Both the position numbers and the translations under genes were made by a program. Below, piece after piece: positions 63,947-64,000 of a DNA stretch of 64,000 bases. The number at the start of each line of letters is the position of its first letter. Position 1 is the first letter of the stretch. The DNA is taken from assembly GCF_038025025.1 (NCBI RefSeq), contig NW_027117338.1, positions 2,728,001 to 2,792,000 on the forward strand, in the 5' to 3' direction. A model generated the notes under the pieces. That model was not told where the DNA came from, searched no databases, and saw only the letters and a program-made list of their open reading frames with translations. The stretch comes from Phyllosticta citribraziliensis. Lineage: Eukaryota.

Positions 63947-64000
63947 ATAGTGATGGCTGGGATACTACCGCGAGGATTCGTAAGAGCGGATGAGTGGGGA

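Noticed and set aside
27187..64000. tRNA or 5S rRNA genes
   Set aside because: No cloverleaf with A/B boxes and no 5S consensus recognised by eye; tRNAscan-SE or cmscan would be decisive.

Overview
This is filamentous ascomycete DNA (Pezizomycotina; Dothideomycete-like is my inference) in two compartments. Bases 1-27186 are an AT-rich block heavily mutated by repeat-induced point mutation (RIP). It holds three full-length Ty3/Gypsy chromoviruses with recoverable LTRs and target-site duplications (TSDs): A (1607-14018), B (8031-13894, nested in the 3' LTR of A) and C (16010-24282, minus strand). A and C are inserted into an older RIP-killed reading frame of about 870 codons, and LINE remnants close the block. 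All three LTR elements show Tf1-type self-priming complementarity. The most unusual signal is in element C: between pol and the 3' LTR it carries an antisense, intron-containing accessory gene with a DUF3716-like Cys-rich domain. Bases ~27190-64000 are GC-balanced and gene-rich: SOM1/Flo8-like regulator, BET3, SNRNP40-like WD40, a 2-TM protein, an MFS monocarboxylate transporter, a BTB protein, FRG1, large-subunit catalase, a 145-aa protein, a 48-aa Cys-rich microprotein missed by the ORF track, MDM12 and an orphan Cys/His-knuckle protein. All calls come from reading the sequence by eye; no database searches were run.
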